Assembly: GCF_001194135.2 (NCBI RefSeq)
Contig: NC_068983.1
Span: forward strand, 68,374,440-68,438,439
DNA from: Octopus bimaculoides
Taxonomy: Eukaryota
Direction of reading: 5' to 3'
DNA: 64,000 nucleotides
Made by a program: the position numbers and the translations under genes. Under the pieces are notes generated by a model. The model had not been told where the DNA came from. It ran no database searches and saw only the letters and a list, made by a program, of their open reading frames with translations. Below, piece after piece: positions 47,033 to 59,780 of the stretch (the stretch's first letter is position 1; each line of letters begins with the position of its first letter).

Positions 47033-47410
47033 TCTATATACATAAATGTGTAATGGAGTTTGTCTGTCTGTGTGTTTGGGGTTTACTCTAACTTCTTCAA
47101 CACGATCCAACTGATTTTAATAATTTTTGGCACATAGGCAGATCACATGCCCTGAAGTTCAAATAAGGCCGGAATTTTTTGAAATCTCGATAATGCTCAG
47201 TTAGCATCAATTTTTGTGAGCTCAATCAGGCGTTTGAATGGAAATTCCCATAACAATGTTATTTCTCCTGCAGCTTTTGTATTTTTTCATGTGTAAAATT
47301 TCAACAAAATCTATAGAATAGTCTCTAAGGAAATACTTATTCAATACAAGGTCAGAGGTGGGCTTAACTTCAACATGGAAAACACTAGCAACGCCGGATC
47401 CAACAACTAG
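47033..47410 (+). mobile_element. Non-autonomous Helitron-like element
   Basis: 5' A|TCTATATACATAAA, subterminal GTTTGTCTGTCTG, 3' CAACGCCGGATCCAACAACTAG; no TSD. Confidence 0.55.
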
Positions 47411-50116
47411 CAGTATGCATAAAATATATTAGATATCTTTGTTATTTTACAACAAATGCGATAACAGAGATGTGCTAATGTAGCAGAATGTTAGACTAAA
47501 ACAGTTTGGAGTTCATGTCCTAGTGCAGGTGACTTGTCTACTCATCTCTTGAGCATTATTATTGTTTAGCACCAGGTCCGCCCTAATTGAGCTGGCCTAT
47601 GATCAAAGGCATTCTAACAAATGGGAGAGGATATAGAATAACCTAAGATCATGTTATCCAATGTAATGGTCTCTTTTACAAGATGGTTGTGATTAAACTG
47701 CTATTTCTAGCAAATCAAGCAACAACTTAAAGACTCATCATTGATTTGTCTCTGTAGAGTTAATAGAATAAGTCGATTCAGTTGTCTGTATGTTTTTATT
47801 GTGTGTAAAAAGACATTATTCCAGTTACCAGCTTTATTAATATTTTCCATATGTATGATTCAGGAAAGTTAGTTGTGTAGTCATCTGAATACTTTGTTTA
47901 TATACTGTCGTTTTCAAAAGAGCAGAACATCACAGTCCAAAAGATTACAACTGTGATATAGAACTATAACTATTATTTAAAGTCACTTGAAATTATTTAC
48001 AAACATACAATCTCTTGATACATAAACATTCTCATATGTTATATACGCTATAGTTTAAATCTCTAAATGTGCATCTACTTTAGCTCTGGAGATGATTATA
48101 CAAAGCCTGATGTGTCTCATCTGTACATCTAATGTAAACGGGCCAATTACAGCTGCAGCTTCTATACACTTCTCATTTTTGACTTCCTCTACTACACAAG
48201 TGAACTCCTTTATGGTCAATGAAGCCACTAGAAATAACAGCTAAATGTCACTCAAAACACAGTCTACCATCTAAAACAGAAATGGGATGGGCATGTCTGG
48301 AATGCTTTTTGATCATAGGTCTGTTTTATCAGCTGACTTGGGGACACTTTAATAACAGCAAAAACTACAGTGAAATATACAAAAAAGATTCAATTTAAAA
48401 CAACAAACAATCACTAATATCTGAAGTAACACTCAAAGTATTGAAGTAACATTAATAAATTGTTTAAATTATAAAAGTTTGGGTGAGTTAAATGGTCCCA
48501 TGAATTCATAAGGCTGGTGCTTAGCTCTAGTTTAAAGTGACAAAGAACAAATCTTTCTCTTGATAATCTGTCACAAGCAACTTTTCCCTTTGATATCCCT
48601 TCTTAGAGTGCCTTACAAGAGTCTAAGCAGAAATGTGAATTTTGTTTCAAACACAACTTAGTGACAAATCAAATAGCTAGTTTCAACATTTTATAAGCAC
48701 AACAACAAACAAAACCAATTAAAGTGACCATACAAACACATACAGTAATCTTTTCATATCAGGATGGAATAATCTGTTATCACTATGAGAAGCTGCAGCA
48801 AAAGTTTAGTCTTTATCCCAGTGTTTTACAAGGTGTTTTGCTTTTAAAGGGCATCTTTCCAATTAAATAGAACCACTAATCACTCTTAAGTTTTGCCTGT
48901 GAGAGGATTTAAGCCCATTACTGCAAGCTAACAAAACATTCATTACCTACGCAATATCTCATCTACATAATTGGAGTTAGATGTGTAAATTTCCATGGAG
49001 CATAATTTCAGCTGGAAAGACTATATCATTGAGAATGTCTTTGCAAGGGTGTAAGAGTAGTACAATAATTTATCTTTCACTAGAATTCTACTACAATTTC
49101 CCAAACCAAATTAACCTAATCTTTTCCACCACCTCTGCCTAGCGATGTTAAGTGTTGGCCACCTCACAAGCCCAAAAGGATGACACTTCCAATTTATGGA
49201 CTATTGAGTTGGTTTAGGCTATAAATTCATATTTTTTCGCAGACAAATTTTCCTGGGACAGATACTCAAATATATCTGCTTTTATCAGTACACCTGACTG
49301 AAACGACATGCTAGACGTATCAGTAGAATTGCAGGTTATGAAAATGTTAGAGAATACAACAAAAGCAAACTAGCATTGAGAGGTAGAGTCTCTAAAACTC
49401 CACAGATGCAGTAGGAGGAAATAAATGAAAAAACAAATAAAAACTGCAAGATTATTTCAAATGTCGGCTGAATGTTAATCTTTTAGACTATTCTGGAACA
49501 ACTAAATATTGTGTGTGTGTGTGTGTGTAGGGGGGGGGGGGGTGTGATGACATTAAAAACAACCCACTGAATCAAGTGATAAATTAAAAGATAAATCATA
49601 AATGACTTTTTAGCTTAAAAGATAAACTGTTGAAATAGGGAAAAGAATTTCTCTCAAATCTATTTCAAGTGTCTCAATCAAAGAGTAATTTATTTAACAT
49701 GAAATACTACCACCATCTCCTTCATATTCTCAGCTGCAGGTGAAGAAGAACCTGGAGAAGGATTAACAAACCTTATTGTCAAGAATATGGTACAAATGTA
49801 TCAAAAATTCTATTTTTGGCCTTGCACCATTGCTAATGATAAACAAATTTAATTTGAATTGTTCCATGTCCCAAATCTGTGATTATTATTATATCTTACA
49901 ATCAACAGGCACATTTGTCCAATCCCAAGCAAAATCAAAATCATCATTGTCCCCATTGTGATACCATAGCAAAATCTGTACTTGGACTTAAACTACATTC
50001 ACGCATCCATCACAAATAAATGAAGCTTCTTTTTTATTCCCCCACCACCCCACTGCCTTTTTAAAATCCTTTCCTTCAAATACTCATATACTGAAATCAA
50101 CAGGAATGACCATCAC

Positions 50117-50117
<1 letters not shown>

Positions 50118-50164
<47 letters not shown>
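50118..50164. repeat. (ATT)n microsatellite
   Basis: Direct read. Confidence 0.95.
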
Positions 50165-50165
<1 letters not shown>

Positions 50166-50169
50166 GATC

Positions 50170-50450
50170 TCAAACTTTGGCACGGGGCCGACAGTTTTGA
50201 GTGGAGAGAGGTGATTAGTTGATTGGTACTTATTTTATAAACCCCAAAAAGATGAAAGGCAAAGCTGACCTCAGCAGAATTTGAACTCAGAACATGAAGA
50301 CAGATAAAACACTGTTAAGCATAATGCTGCCAAGCATTTTGTCAGATGTGTTAACATCAACCCCAGTTGAGTGCTGGGGTTGAGGCAATTAACTATGCCC
50401 CTCTCACAAAATTTCAGGCCTTGTACCTATAATAGAAAGGATTATTATTA
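50170..50450. mobile_element. Two opposed SINE family B fragments
   Basis: Minus piece 50170-50350 and plus tail piece 50365-50450; 10-bp hairpin TCAACCCCAG/CTGGGGTTGA at the junction. Confidence 0.55.
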
Positions 50451-50454
50451 TTAA

Positions 50455-51290
50455 AAGATGTCTTGCAAACAACTTGCACATGCAAGTGCTGCCAGTCGAG
50501 AACTCTGCATACCAGAAGCCAGTAAGTGTATGGGGTCATCAGGAGAGAATGAGTGCAATTTTGGGGCCTACCTCTTGACGGCATCAATGATATGAGGCCC
50601 CGCTTGCTACATCAACTGGTTATTAAATATAGCTCAATATTCTTCTAGCCATCGCTCATCATCTCTTTTTAACCAAATCTAGTGGCTGGCCTTTTCCACT
50701 GTAGTTTGGATATCGGACATGGTGGTACTTACTTCACGATGAGTTAGGCCTAACAATAACAACAGTCGTCTTACACTGTGTCCAACAAACCCTCTACATC
50801 TGACTTTGACTGGAAAATGCTCCACTTTCCAGTGTGTGTCTTCACATTCCATGAGGAGGTTTACATAACGGTCAATCTTTCGAGCCCAAGCGGCGTCCAT
50901 GTTATCTTCATGAAGAACTGTTAACTCGACTAGATTCACAACTTTCTTTCTTTCACACCACATTAAAATGTCCGGTGTTTTTCATAACTGGGATGGGAAA
51001 GAGTCCCTGGCACCCTGATAAATCTGCAGTCCCCTCCCAATAGCTATTCCACTTTTCATTGCTCACAGGAAGTTTGTTGTTCTTCTTCTTGAAACGGATC
51101 CGCTGCCCTGAGCGCACGAAGGTGATGAGATCTCTAGTTGGTACTTTCAACACCTGTTTAAGTTTCAAATATTTGTACAGCATGTCCTACCATAGAGACA
51201 AGTGACCATAACTATAGACACCAATGAAGTTCTCCATTTGACTGACTTTGAACAGAGTTCACCATAACAACTTCATTACAATTTCATCAA
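50455..51290 (-). mobile_element. RLE-type non-LTR retrotransposon 3' fragment (HERO-like), frameshifted
   Basis: PDILMWCERKKVVNLVELTVLHEDNMDAAWARKIDRY...FPVKVRCRGFVGHS: the PD..E..K.Y restriction-like endonuclease pattern. Confidence 0.75.
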
Positions 51291-51775
51291 TCAAAGAAAG
51301 AAATACTAATATCGCATTTCAATGTATGCCAACTGGTAGACCAACAGGATTCATAAATATTATCAAGCTGATATACTAGTATATACACAATTAACACCTT
51401 AGAAAATTCTTTAGAATATCTATTATCTTTAGTTAAATTAAATAATCAAAATTCTCTTATGATAAACCTTAGATTTACTTATTTCTCCTCCATTTAACGA
51501 ACAAGACAAGTTTCTTTTTAGCTAGAATTCTTGTCTATCTACACTAAACTTTCTTAAGCATCATACTGAATTTCCAGCTGATCTGATATAAGTGATTGGT
51601 ACCAGATAATGACCTTGAAAGAATATAGCTGTTTCTAAATGTTGCCTAAAACAAAACGATATTACAGATGCTTACATAAGAAATCAGCAAAGTAGAACAA
51701 TTCTACGTGTTTACTTCTTATTTCCAGGGAAAGATTTTGGTTCAATGTAACTGTCTGAAAATCAGTTTCACTCAC

Positions 51776-51780
51776 CTCAT
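51776..51780 (-). CDS. CDK5RAP2: Candidate start exon, coding part ATGAG only (M + 2 nt of S)
   Basis: ATGAG|GTGAGT is a consensus donor. Phase 2 joins the next exon (AG+T=Ser) to give MSDSQSDKMREGE. Alternative: start at the ATG at 40480. Confidence 0.4.
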
Positions 51781-54021
51781 ACAGTTGTCAAAGAGCCAAT
51801 AAAAGAATTGAGATGTTGGATGAAAATCAGAAGTTTTATTAACATAGAAAGAAATGTTGAAATTATGAATAATAATAATAGAAAATAGTAGTTTTGAAGG
51901 GAACATAAAAAGAACAACTAATAATTTATAAAAAGATGGTTTATATTAAGAATATATTATATTCTTTTTACTACTAATTATTTTTTTCTTTAATTGAGTA
52001 GGTTTATATCCTGTGGAAATTAGAAAAACATGAAAAGAGAAGATAAAGATTGGTGAAATTAATTTTTCTGTAGATTTAATATTAAGAGAGAATCATTCAA
52101 AGTGAATGGACTTTATAAGTAGTGATGGACATCTCAAAGAGAAATAACAAGATGATAATAAGGTTAAGATGGTGCCACTAAATTAAGACATAATGGCAGT
52201 AATAATACCATTAGAAGGTAATAAATTATTCAGAGCTAACATATCAAAATAGTTCTCAATTAAAACAAATGAATTATTTAGTATAGTAGTAAGAATTAAA
52301 ATCTATTGAGCTCACATTAGATCACGTTGGGGATATATGGGCTTTTGATAAAGGCACATATTCCAGTATATTCTTGGAGAATCCCTGAGACGATTTGCAA
52401 TGGTAACTGGTGGCAGAGTCTTTTATCTAAGCTGAGGGGCCACACCAGCTCCTTACTGCTTACATGAGATACACACTGATACAGCTAAGAGATAAGTAAA
52501 GAGATATTACAGTATCTAACATACAAGGCCTAGGAATAGTAACAAGAAAATAATACATAAGGATGAAGTTATCTGTAAATAAATGTAGAGTGAAGTGATT
52601 AAAGATATAAAAAAAGTGTTGAAGAAATGAGAAGAGATATATGGCACCAAGAATATTTGGAAAGATAAAGGTAAATTGTTACTAACTTAATGAATCAAGA
52701 TCTAATTACCTCATGCAAATGTGACAGTGCTGGCTTCTTGACTTTAACCAATGAGATACTACTAGTCCTTAAGTTCAGAATATCTTTCCAAGTCAAACAC
52801 ATAGCAGGATTTGAGCTCAGATCAATGAAACACTATATAGTTTTCACTAGTGAATTATATTGCATTCTATACAAGGGCTGTACACTTTATAATTACCCTT
52901 TTACAGTTAGGTAGAGGCAGCCATAATTACTACTCAGTGTAGTATCAGTGACAAAATAACACCCAACCCAATGGCTAGTAAGCTAACACTATCAATTATA
53001 CCAGCTGTGACTGCTATTCATAGTTAATTAATTAGAAATAATTTAAATTAAAATGTATAAAGTGAGATGCAAGCAGGTAAAAAAGAAAACAAAAAATGCT
53101 GACATAATTTAACATATATTTTACAAAATGTCTCCTTAAAAGAAGTAAAGAGTTTTTTCATAAAAATATCACTTGGATAACACAATCTGTCAAGGCTGTG
53201 AAAGAAATATATTTCACCTTACACACACACACACACACACACACATGTATGAGTGCATGTGTGTGTGTGTGTGTGCAAGAGAATGACTGACGTGTGGTTT
53301 GTTTGTTATAAATCAAAGATAAGGGCTGATAAATATCCAAAGATAATTTTCTAAAAAAAAAAGCCCTGTTCACACTCCAATAACCAGAAGCAAAGTATAT
53401 TTACATAGCAAACATCCCATTTAAAACAACAAGCCAAACTGTTTGCACTCTAACCAAGTACATGTATCATCCCTCTAAACACCTAAGCATAGGAAGTAAA
53501 GGGGGTCAGATATCATTTCAAAACAGGAAGGAAAAAACATGGTTTAAATGGGACTGGTGGAACTATTTCACTAATTTACACATGCCTGAATATTTGCACT
53601 TGATGCTATTGACCTATGCAATATTAAGAGATACAATAAAAATAGTAATGCTCTATTTTTTTTAGACTCCTTATGAAAAATACATTTTTGCATCTTTGGT
53701 TACCTTCACAATAATATAAGATTCCTACCCTTCCATCAGAGAAAAAAAAAAAAAAGAAAAAAAATTAGATTATTAACACCATATGTAGGGCAGTAATAGA
53801 AAACGACAAAAGATCAAGATGAGTATAAATACACTGTATGGTAGAGCAGCCAGCTCCAAACTGAAGGTAAGTATAAAAAAATATAGCTGCAAAACATTGA
53901 CAAGCCTTGTGATGATGAGAGATGAAGCAGATAACTACTACAAAGATTATACATGCGATTTGATTTTACAGAATAATTTTGTTCAAATTGTTGGAATAAA
54001 CTTGAATGCTTATTGAAATAT

Positions 54022-54234
54022 CCTTTTCTACTCTAGGCACAAAGCCCAAAATTTTGGGGGAGGGGACCAGTCGATTAGATTGACCGCAGTACGCAACTGG
54101 TACTTAATTTATCAACTTCAAAGGGATGAAAAGCAAAGTTGACCTCGGCGGAATTTGAACTCAGAATGTAGAAACAGATGAAATACCGCTAAGTATTTCA
54201 CCTGGCATGCCATCTTCTGCCAGCTTGCCATCTT
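54022..54234 (-). mobile_element. SINE family B, copy 1 of tandem pair
   Basis: Full head-to-tail element flanked by ATGCTTATTGAAATAT. Confidence 0.85.
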
Positions 54235-54250
54235 ATGCTTATTGAAATAT

Positions 54251-54478
54251 TTATTTCTTTATTGCCCACAAGGGGCTAAATATAGAGGGAACAAACAAGG
54301 ACAATAGGGATTAAGCCAATTACACTGACCTCAGTGTGTAACTGGTACTTATTTGATTGACCCTGAAAGGATGAAAGGCAAAGCTGACCTCGCGGAATTT
54401 GAACTCAGGGCGTAAAGACATGAAATACCACTAAGCATTTCACCCGGTGTGCTAACATTTCTGCCAGCTCGCTACCTT
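54251..54478 (-). mobile_element. SINE family B, copy 2 (different 3' tail)
   Basis: Same head, different tail, flanked by the same 16-mer. Confidence 0.85.
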
Positions 54479-54780
54479 ATGCTTATTGAAATATTAACCA
54501 ATTAATAATTAAAAAAGATTAGTTAAATTAAATAACAGTGCTTGACCCATACAAGCATGGAAAAGTGGACACTAAGATGATGATGATGAAGATGGTAGTG
54601 GTGCTTTTTGTCTGGCCCAGGATTTGACCTGGGTCAGACAAAATGTTTTCCCTAAAGATAGTTTTTGTTTGCAGCAAGGTTTTCATTCAAAATCTGTGTT
54701 TAAATGGTCTTCTGTCTAATAAGAAATATTATCACCAGTTTACTAATTATACTTGTGTCATTAGCATATTAAATGCTTAA

Positions 54781-55005
54781 ACCTTTCACATTTAAGCTGG
54801 TCATATCCAGCCAAAATATTCTACATGTTTTAGGTTCAAACTGACCAGATCCAGCCTCTCATGCACCTACTCTAAGATGTCATCCTAAGAATAAATAGTT
54901 GCATCACTGAAATCTTGAAGCTACAAGATAATGCCTGATTAATTCTAAACAATGTCAAAAAAATAAGCATTACATTTGACAGAATAATCTGAATATACTA
55001 AAGGG
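54781..55005 (-). mobile_element. piggyBac-type MITE, second copy
   Basis: Reverse complement of 27879-28086; TTAA left, TTAG right. Confidence 0.6.
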
Positions 55006-55210
55006 TTAGTGTGTCATAAATTATATTTTACTGCGGACTAAGTTTTACAAAAAGAAGCTTGCATTTTTTTTTTTTTAATCAATGTGGTAACTGTTAAACT
55101 ATAAAAGTGGATGATTCAGAAAAGAAATAATGTTTGAGGGTAAAAATTCAGAAATGAACAGTTAAAATATGAAGAAAAACAGAAGCAGTATCAAATCCAG
55201 TGATTTAGAC

Positions 55211-55490
55211 CAGGGGTTTTCAAACTGTGGTCCGCAAGGACAAGACGGGGGGTCCGTGGACAGCAAATACTTTTTGTGGGGCAATTTGATTTTATATATG
55301 TTTTTTAATCGAAATCTTTTAATTGACAATAAACCTATTTGTTAAATACTGTTAAATAAATAAATGTAAAAATATATGTTATTTTAAGCAAATATTTATG
55401 TATAAATTTCATAAGCATTTATAAGGGGGTCCCTAAGGTAACGCCTGAAATATAAAGGGGTCCGCAAGTCAAAAAGTTTGAAAACCCCTG
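55211..55490. mobile_element. hAT (Charlie-type) MITE
   Basis: Perfect TIR CAGGGGTTTTCAAAC / GTTTGAAAACCCCTG; 8-bp TSD ATTTAGAC at 55203 and 55491. Confidence 0.9.
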
Positions 55491-56964
55491 ATTTAGACTA
55501 TTCAAGATTATATTATATGTAATAAAAGGATAATATGTGTCACAAATGATTGAAAATTTGGCTAAAGAAATGCTGACAATCTCAACAGAAGCCATAGTAG
55601 CAGTAGTAGAGATGAAATATCAAGCAACCAAAATAGATGTAAACTCTTCTACCAAAACAAGTGCAATGAGGAACATCACCGTATGTTCTTAGTGAACCAT
55701 AAGACTTGCCAAACTTTATTTTTAACATCTTTACTTATTACACCCATACACATATATAATTATCTCAATTAACGCCAGTTTTAAAGCAGAAGAAAGTTTT
55801 CATTTTACAAAAATATACTGTCTTTATAATTTAATTTCATATCATCTAAAAACTGGCTATGAGAAAGGAGACACGAAAGTATCTCTGATAAAATTATACT
55901 CGTAGTCTTTTTCTTCTTCTGAGTGAAGTAACTTAGAACTAGAAATAATAATAACCAATAAATTTGAATGTTTTTCTTTTAGACACTGGAACAACAGTTA
56001 ATGGTCATGACATTACACTGTATTGCTTCTTTTTCCTCAATGAAATCTGACAAGGGGATCATACATTTCCCCCTTCTTTTATGGCCTAGTCCAAGGAGGA
56101 GGGAAATTCCCATTATCTTATTGCATTGCCTCCAAGTGTTGGGATGGTGGGGGAGGGGGCATAGGGAAATTAAACCACAATTCAAACTGGGAAATGCTTG
56201 CAACAGAGTGGACACTGCAGGAAGCAGTGGGAAAATGGTGCTAAATTAAGTAATGAATTAAATTTACTAAATCCTTTAATGACTATATAATAATTAGTAA
56301 AAGAAAAATAAATCTTTGTTGATGAATTCATATCACTTAACCTCAGAAATAAGATTAAGTAGATGAAACTAAGATAATTTCCATTTACTAAATAAGACTA
56401 CTTAATGTGACTTACAATGTTTGCCTAAACAAGCAAAGGAATTAGAATAACAGATTGATCACACTTATTAATCCCATATAGTTGTATTTATACAGTATTC
56501 AATTAATATATTTTCTAATTCAACATCACCAGGTATCTTGCTTTTCATATGCAAAATTCATTTTTTTAAGGAAACATTAAACTCACCTTTAATGCATCTC
56601 AAGTGTTTGGAAGTGACATTCACTATAGCTATATTAAATATAGGCTGTTTAGAATAATTATTTAAGAAAAGCTATGTTCCATTCTTTTCACTTACAAAGT
56701 ACAATTCCACAGAAGTCAAGTCTAGCTTGACAAGTAATGGTGCACCAAGATAAAGGCATCCTTGTTATAACATTAATCATTATCATTCGAGCTAGTATAC
56801 TTTCTTTCCTTTTAATATAAATTCTAGCTGTTCAGGCTTTTAAAATTTGATAATGCAATCCTAGAAAGTGTAAAAAAACACAAAAAAAAAAACAAAAAAA
56901 AACATCTCTAACATCATCTCAGTTACTAGACATATGTAACTGCTTTGGTCAAGAATGTGCTAAA

Positions 56965-57183
56965 ATATCTTTGTGTCTGTGTTTGTCCCCTACCACAGCT
57001 TGAAAACCAGTGTTGGTGTGTTTATGTCCTGATAACTTAGCAGTTTGGCAAAAAGAGACCAACAGAATAAGTATTAGGCTTTAAAAAAATAGGTACTGGG
57101 GTCAATTCATTTCACTAAAAATTTTTCAAGGCAGTACCCCCAACGTGGCTGCAGTCTAATGACTGAAACAAGTAAAAGGTAAA
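56965..57183 (+). mobile_element. SINE family A, 3' half
   Basis: Matches 40170-40370. Confidence 0.7.
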
Positions 57184-58557
57184 AAATACTGACTTCTTTT
57201 AAAGGTACAAAGCTTCAAATTTAAGAAAAGGAATTGTACTTGACTTTTATATATTTTACAGATCTTGAAAAGATGCAAGGCAAAGTCAACTTTACTGGGA
57301 ACTGATTTTAGAATGTAGGGCTGTAACTAAATACAGCAAACTATTTTGCCCAATGCTCTAATGATTCCGTCTAGGTATTTACTGATAGTTATTTTGTCAA
57401 CTTAGGTACTGAAATGGATACTGCTAAAGTATCTACATTAATGTTCTATTTCAATCATCTCCACCACTCACAGATCATTAAGAGTGATAAGGAAAGAAAA
57501 AATACATATGCTGCATGGTCCTAGAGAAATGACTACCTGACGTGATAGTATACAAACTTTATAGATTTTGTTTCTGAATCATTCAGGATGTTTTATAACA
57601 GAACTAATAATTTAATCAGGGATCATAAAATTACTTTACTACTTCATTATGATGTTGCTATCATTTTCTTATCTCAATACTTAGGGTTAGTGTAAACTGG
57701 AGAATTAAAACTGATGATGATGATTCATTTCTCCAAGTCCAAATCTCTTAATGATGACATTACCTTTGATTCTTCTTATGTAAAAATAAGTAGCAATGTA
57801 ATTTTAGGTTCAAGTTAGTTGTCTTAGTCAAGGAGTGAAGGACTACAGAAGTAATCTGAAGCATTTTTCAGGAGTATCAAAAAAGGAAGGGGTTGAATGA
57901 ATTTAATGAAGCTACTATTATAATCAGTTGACATTGTTTTTCAATACTTCCAGGGTTAATAAAATAAGAACTTGGGACACAATGCCAGTAACGCCTCTAA
58001 GAAAAGCATGAATGTCACACAGTCTCATTCACCTCAGCTATAAAACTTATTGATGAGTAATCTAATAAATATTTTGAGCAGCAAAGGTGTTCCAAGCTGG
58101 CACAATTTTTGAAGGATTGTCTGTCTCTGAACGAGTGGCCTTGGGAATGATACAGTAGAGGCAGTAGAATGCAGAAAAAAGCATAGGAAGCAATCAGAAA
58201 TGGAGTTGGAATATTGCCATCAAGTCTGCAAGAGCAGAAATTTAAGTTACAAAAGAACACCGAGTTGTATTGGTAAGTTGATATATCATTTCTTAAGTAA
58301 GTGTTTTAACTAGAACAAAATGAAATTTTATCATGTATTTAGAAATTAGATTAAAAAAACACTGATCCTAAAAGTAGTTATTCCTCTACCCCCACTTCTT
58401 TCTTTACCAAATAATCATTATTGGTATCTATCAGTTATTTAACTGATTTAGTTTTCAATTGATTTCCTTATGTTTCTTTCTAAGAATATTAGTTGAAGGC
58501 CAATTTTATGAAAAGGAAGGTGAACAGCCAACTGATTTGACTTCAGTACACTACTTA

Positions 58558-59780
58558 CAAGGGTGGGCTGTAAAGTTCATTGGCTGGTTATGAAGGAGTG
58601 ATGCTAGAGCTGTGAAATCATACATGCATTGATTTCAACTCTTCTTATTAATAACTGCATTGTTTCTTTCCAGGTAAACTGACAGCTGATGGTTCAAAGA
58701 AGGCTTGAAAGAAAACTAGTAGCAATTTCCATTGAAAATGGACAAAATTTCACATCGTAGTTTTATCAAGTACCTGCAGAAAAAGGGTTTAGCCCCAGTG
58801 ACATTCATGCAGATATGCTTGCTATGTTAGGGTATGACACTCCAATTTTATCAATAGTGCAAAAGTGGGCAGCTGAATTTAGGAGGGGAAGGAAGAGTCA
58901 TGAAGATGACCCAAGATATGGATGTACTGACTGTGCTCACCACATGATGATGGATGATAGGCAACTAATTATAAATCAAATAGCCAACGCTATTAGCATA
59001 TCCTATGAGAGAGTTGAGAACATTCTGCACAATGAATGGGGCATGAAGGTTTCTGCTTGGTGACACCTGATCAAAAGCATACCAGGCTGATCACATCACA
59101 GGAAAATCTGGTATTGATTGAGGCAGATCCAACTGGTTTCTTTGAACATTTCCTAACCCAAGATGAGTGTTGGCTTCATAACTTTGAGCCAGAAACAGAG
59201 ATGATCTATGCAATGGAAACACCCCTCTTCACCAGCACCAAAGAAGGCCATGGTTGTTTTACCAGCAGGGATGGTGATGACCTGTTTTTTGGGATGCAAA
59301 AGGCATTGTGTTTATTGACTATCTTCAAAAGGGACACACCATCAATGGAGAGTACTATGTAACTTGCTGAAGCAGTTACAAAAGGCTATCAAGACCAAAC
59401 AACCAGGAAAATTGACCGAAAGGGGTCTTGTTTCATCAGGACAATGCTCCAGAATCCTTGGTTTCAATGGCTGCTGTGTGTGACTGTGGCTTTGAACTGG
59501 TTGATCACCCTCCCTATTCTCCTGATTTGGCTATCATCTGTTCCCCAACATGTAAAAATACTTGGTTGGGAACTATTATTGCAGTGACGATGACATCATA
59601 ACTGCTACTGATGACTGTTTTGACTAACATGATGAAAGCTTCTTCAGCAATGGGATCTAAGCACTGCGATACCAACGGAAGAAATGCGTGGACCAAATTC
59701 TATGTTGAAAAATAAACCACATTTGCTCACAGTCCATGAAAATATCTTGGCCAGCCTATGAACTTTTCAGCTGATCCTCA
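58558..59780 (+). mobile_element. Full-length mariner transposon relic, transposase pseudogene (ATG ~58738)
   Basis: TA TSDs; TIRs CAAGGGTGGGCTGTAAAGTTCATTGGCTG / CAGCCTATGAACTTTTCAGCTGATCCTCA; motifs LTQDECW, FHQDNAP, HPPYSPDLA; several frameshifts. Confidence 0.92.

Larger units (their letters stand above)
712..51780 (-). other. CDK5RAP2: Gene span (coding part seen): centrosomin/CDK5RAP2/myomegalin-family gamma-TuRC-recruiting coiled-coil protein; 3' end unresolved
   Basis: 23 exons with canonical AG/GT ends and consistent phases give a 696-codon open frame. CM1 motif near the N-terminus, heptad-rich E/K/L/Q sequence after it. Symbol indicates the family (CDK5RAP2/PDE4DIP/cnn); orthology not tested. 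Confidence 0.9.

Noticed and set aside
53819-53872. Plus-strand ATG...AAG|GTAAGT suggesting an antisense gene
   Set aside because: No further plus-strand exons or recognisable protein found.
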